From: a virus
Lineage: Duplodnaviria; Caudoviricetes
Reading direction: 5' to 3' (one strand)
DNA: 59,239 nucleotides
IMG/VR virus record: IMGVR_UViG_3300034064_000298
Location: 1-59,239 of that record
Under the pieces are notes generated by a model. The model was given only the letters and a program-made list of their open reading frames with translations. It was not told the origin of the DNA and made no database searches. Within the stretch, counting starts at the first letter, position 1. Every line of letters begins with the position of its first letter. A program made the translations under genes and the position numbers. This document shows, in pieces, positions 56,872 to 59,239 of this stretch.

Positions 56872-57772
56872 GTCAATACCTAACTCTAAAAACAGAGAGA
56901 AAATAGACCTATTGAGATACTTCTCCGATGGGGCCAAGGTACTCAAAGAATCAGTAACGGACGTCCATTCTTATTCTTATAACCCAACTGACGTTGCAGT
57001 ATTACAAGGATGGATATCCGATAAGGTAACTAGGCCCCATTTGGCGTTGCGAAACCAGGTTATTGAAGGTCAGTTGAAGTCTGGGAATCATGTAGTAGTG
57101 GTAGATAGTAACCTATTCTTATACGCCAATACCAATAACCCATTGCATTACCTGAGATATAGTTTCGACGGTGTATTCCCAACTACTGGCAATTACTGCG
57201 ATCAAGAGAATGTGTCGAATACTAGGTGGGAACAGGTATTCAATAACATTGGTATATCATTGAAGTCGGATAGAACCTCGGGTGGTCATATATTGATCTG
57301 CTTGCAGCGCAACGGTGGCTGGTCGATGTCGGGCTGCTCAGTGCTGGAATGGACTGCCAACACTATACTAGAGCTGCGCGAGTACACAGATCGGCCCATC
57401 CGACTTAGGCCGCATCCTGGCGACAAGGCTGCTAGAGGATACTTGGGCGATTTTGAAACGAGTGATCTACTGGCAGGCGTAACCCTCAGTGAGGTAGGGT
57501 CGAGCCTGGTCGACGATTTGCAAGATTGTTGGGCAGCCATAGGCCACAACTCTAGTCCGACTGTGGGCGCAGCCATCGAAGGTATTCCTATCTTTCTCAC
57601 TGATCCCGAACGTAGCCAGTCGCGTGAAGTAGCCAACACTGACCTTAGCCTGATAGAGACTCCGACGTTTTATGACCGAGTACCGTGGGTTGCCAGGTTG
57701 GCGATGAGTCACTGGAACTTCGAAGAACTGAAGAACGGCATGTGTTGGGCTCACATGCGAAAGTTCATTTGA
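56849..57772 (+). CDS. Capsular-polysaccharide-type GT-B-like protein (start MNISVY)
   Basis: ILICLQ, R.RPHP, NSSP.V.A.I.GIP. Confidence 0.65.
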   Translation: MNISVYHKSIPNSKNREKIDLLRYFSDGAKVLKESVTDVHSYSYNPTDVAVLQGWISDKVTRPHLALRNQVIEGQLKSGNHVVVVDSNLFLYANTNNPLHYLRYSFDGVFPTTGNYCDQENVSNTRWEQVFNNIGISLKSDRTSGGHILICLQRNGGWSMSGCSVLEWTANTILELREYTDRPIRLRPHPGDKAARGYLGDFETSDLLAGVTLSEVGSSLVDDLQDCWAAIGHNSSPTVGAAIEGIPIFLTDPERSQSREVANTDLSLIETPTFYDRVPWVARLAMSHWNFEELKNGMCWAHMRKFI

Positions 57773-58580
57773 ACTCTTTCAGCTCCTGGAGTTGGGTTTT
57801 ATAGTTTGGTATTTTCAAGTCAATAGAGCGCCTAGTATCAACCAATATCTTATCAACCGGTTTAGGGCCAAAATCCCTACTAACAGTTTTACCTAAGCCA
57901 TATACTTCGTTTATATCACACAATAACTCGTATTTGCTAGTCTTAACCTTATTATCTACCATATGGTATAGGCCAGTTGCAGACGAGTTTATCATATAAG
58001 TATCCAAACATTTTGCGAGTTGTAGCGTAGTAATACCATTCCACCTAGAATTGACCCAGCCTGGAATAATTTTATCCTTGTAATTAAGTGCCCAGTGTAA
58101 TAACCCTGTTCCATTCTTTAGTTCTGGGCCAATGATACTCATTCTAAAGGTTATGTCCTTGTTGTTTATTACTTCGCCTAGTGCTTTTGTTCTACCATAG
58201 TCATTGGTTTCAGTTGGGGCGTTATTTTCATAGTAACTGCCCTGCTGACCGTCGAATACGCAGTCGGTGGATAAATGTATTAGGCGAGTGGGTGATTCTC
58301 TTAGTTTCATCTCTAGGTATCTAGGGAACCAGCTATTGACAATAATAGCCCTGGTTGGGTTATCCTTGCTTGCTTGTACTAGTACTCCTGCTGCGTTAAT
58401 AATGAAGTCATACTTATCCAGTTTGTCGAAGAATTTAGTAACCGATACTGTATCCTCGATATTCAATGTAATATCGGCATCTTTTCTAGCTGCTGTTTCG
58501 ACGTCGTAACCCTGGAGCTTGAGATACTTAGTAATCATATGCCCAGCCATTCCATTACTACCTATTACTAATACTCTCAT
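57765..58580 (-). CDS. RmlD-like NAD(P)-dependent sugar reductase (SDR)
   Basis: GSNGMAG, HLSTDCVFDG, YGRTK. Confidence 0.88.
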   Translation of the reverse strand: MRVLVIGSNGMAGHMITKYLKLQGYDVETAARKDADITLNIEDTVSVTKFFDKLDKYDFIINAAGVLVQASKDNPTRAIIVNSWFPRYLEMKLRESPTRLIHLSTDCVFDGQQGSYYENNAPTETNDYGRTKALGEVINNKDITFRMSIIGPELKNGTGLLHWALNYKDKIIPGWVNSRWNGITTLQLAKCLDTYMINSSATGLYHMVDNKVKTSKYELLCDINEVYGLGKTVSRDFGPKPVDKILVDTRRSIDLKIPNYKTQLQELKEFK

Positions 58581-59239
58581 ACTAGAAACCCTCCTCTGAT
58601 AAGTCTATCCTTTATTAACTCGTTGGACATTGTTTCTGTTTTGGAGTCAAACTCTGTATATTGAATATTCGGCAAATCGCCATACTTATTCAATAACTTG
58701 TCATTCATTGCAGGTGGTAGTATTACGAAGTAATGTTCTCCCCAACAGCGAGTAAGTAATGCCTCGTGCTTTGTTACTAATACCTCGTCGAGTTTCTCGC
58801 CTGGCCTAATACCTGTTATGATAGTATCTACCTTACCATAATGATCCATTATTACTTCGGCGAGATTCAGAATATTACAGGCTGGCATCCTCATTACGAA
58901 TGTTTCGCCGCCAATACTATTGACTGTCGCCTCAAATAGTAATAGAATGGCCTCTTCCAACGTAAGAAAGAATCTAGTCATATTTACGTCAGTAATGGTT
59001 ATTGGGCCGCCGTTTTTAATCTGTTCAATAAAGAATGGTACTACCGAGCCGCTTGAGCCCAGGACATTACCACCCCTAACGCAAATGAACTTAGTATCTG
59101 ATATATCATTTGCTTGTATTATTAGTTTCTCGCCTACCGCCTTGGTCATACCATATAGGTTGGATGGCTCGGCGGCTTTATCGGTACTAACGTCAATACA
59201 GTATTCAACGTTATTCGCTATACAAGCCTCAATAATATT
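58577..59239 (-). CDS. CapD/PseB-like UDP-sugar 4,6-dehydratase, 5'-truncated at window edge
   Basis: Frame open to the edge: STDKA..P.NLYGMTK, RGGNVLGSSGSV, MTRFF, GIRPGEKL.E. Confidence 0.9.
   Translation of the reverse strand, partial: NIIEACIANNVEYCIDVSTDKAAEPSNLYGMTKAVGEKLIIQANDISDTKFICVRGGNVLGSSGSVVPFFIEQIKNGGPITITDVNMTRFFLTLEEAILLLFEATVNSIGGETFVMRMPACNILNLAEVIMDHYGKVDTIITGIRPGEKLDEVLVTKHEALLTRCWGEHYFVILPPAMNDKLLNKYGDLPNIQYTEFDSKTETMSNELIKDRLIRGGFLV

Noticed and set aside
1-59239. Alternative genetic code (stop-codon reassignment)
   Set aside because: Conserved genes are full-length under the standard code and end in TAA, TAG and TGA.
1-59239. tRNA or rRNA genes
   Set aside because: No T-loop/cloverleaf or rRNA-like sequence noticed by eye; a tRNA scan would be needed to exclude them fully.

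Overview
This is a 59 kb segment of a large lytic dsDNA phage (T4-related or jumbo-type myovirus by inference), with almost all genes on the minus strand. It contains: (i) a 5'-truncated giant tail-fibre/adhesin gene; (ii) a proteostasis module (ClpP, ClpS, Hsp20, GroES, DnaK); (iii) a Dam-like methyltransferase next to a PD-(D/E)xK-like protein; (iv) ATP-dependent DNA ligase, a SleB-like hydrolase, a PAAR-like spike, glutaredoxin and class Ia RNR; (v) a tail-spike and late/virion genes behind a GATAAATA late-promoter motif; (vi) a replication block with DnaB-like helicase, primase, a 205-aa minimal DnaE-like polymerase core, UvsW-like helicase, MazG-like protein and an AAA ATPase; and (vii) a glycosyltransferase/nucleotide-sugar cluster at the right edge. 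The most unusual structure is at about 49.3-55.4 kb. It is a tandem array of gene cassettes separated by 12 copies of a ~60-65 bp direct repeat that is itself a complete sigma70 promoter, leader and RBS (minus strand TTGACA/T-16 nt-TATACT...GGAGA..ATG). Eight cassettes encode paralogous proteins built of 1-8 copies of a 23-aa HREDGPA repeat with hypervariable positions. Their last codons encode the next cassette's promoter, and identical 41-85 bp blocks are shared between paralogs. This looks like a recombination-driven, expandable library of repeat proteins. No tRNA, CRISPR array, integrase or reverse transcriptase was seen. All calls come from reading motifs by eye; no database searches were run.
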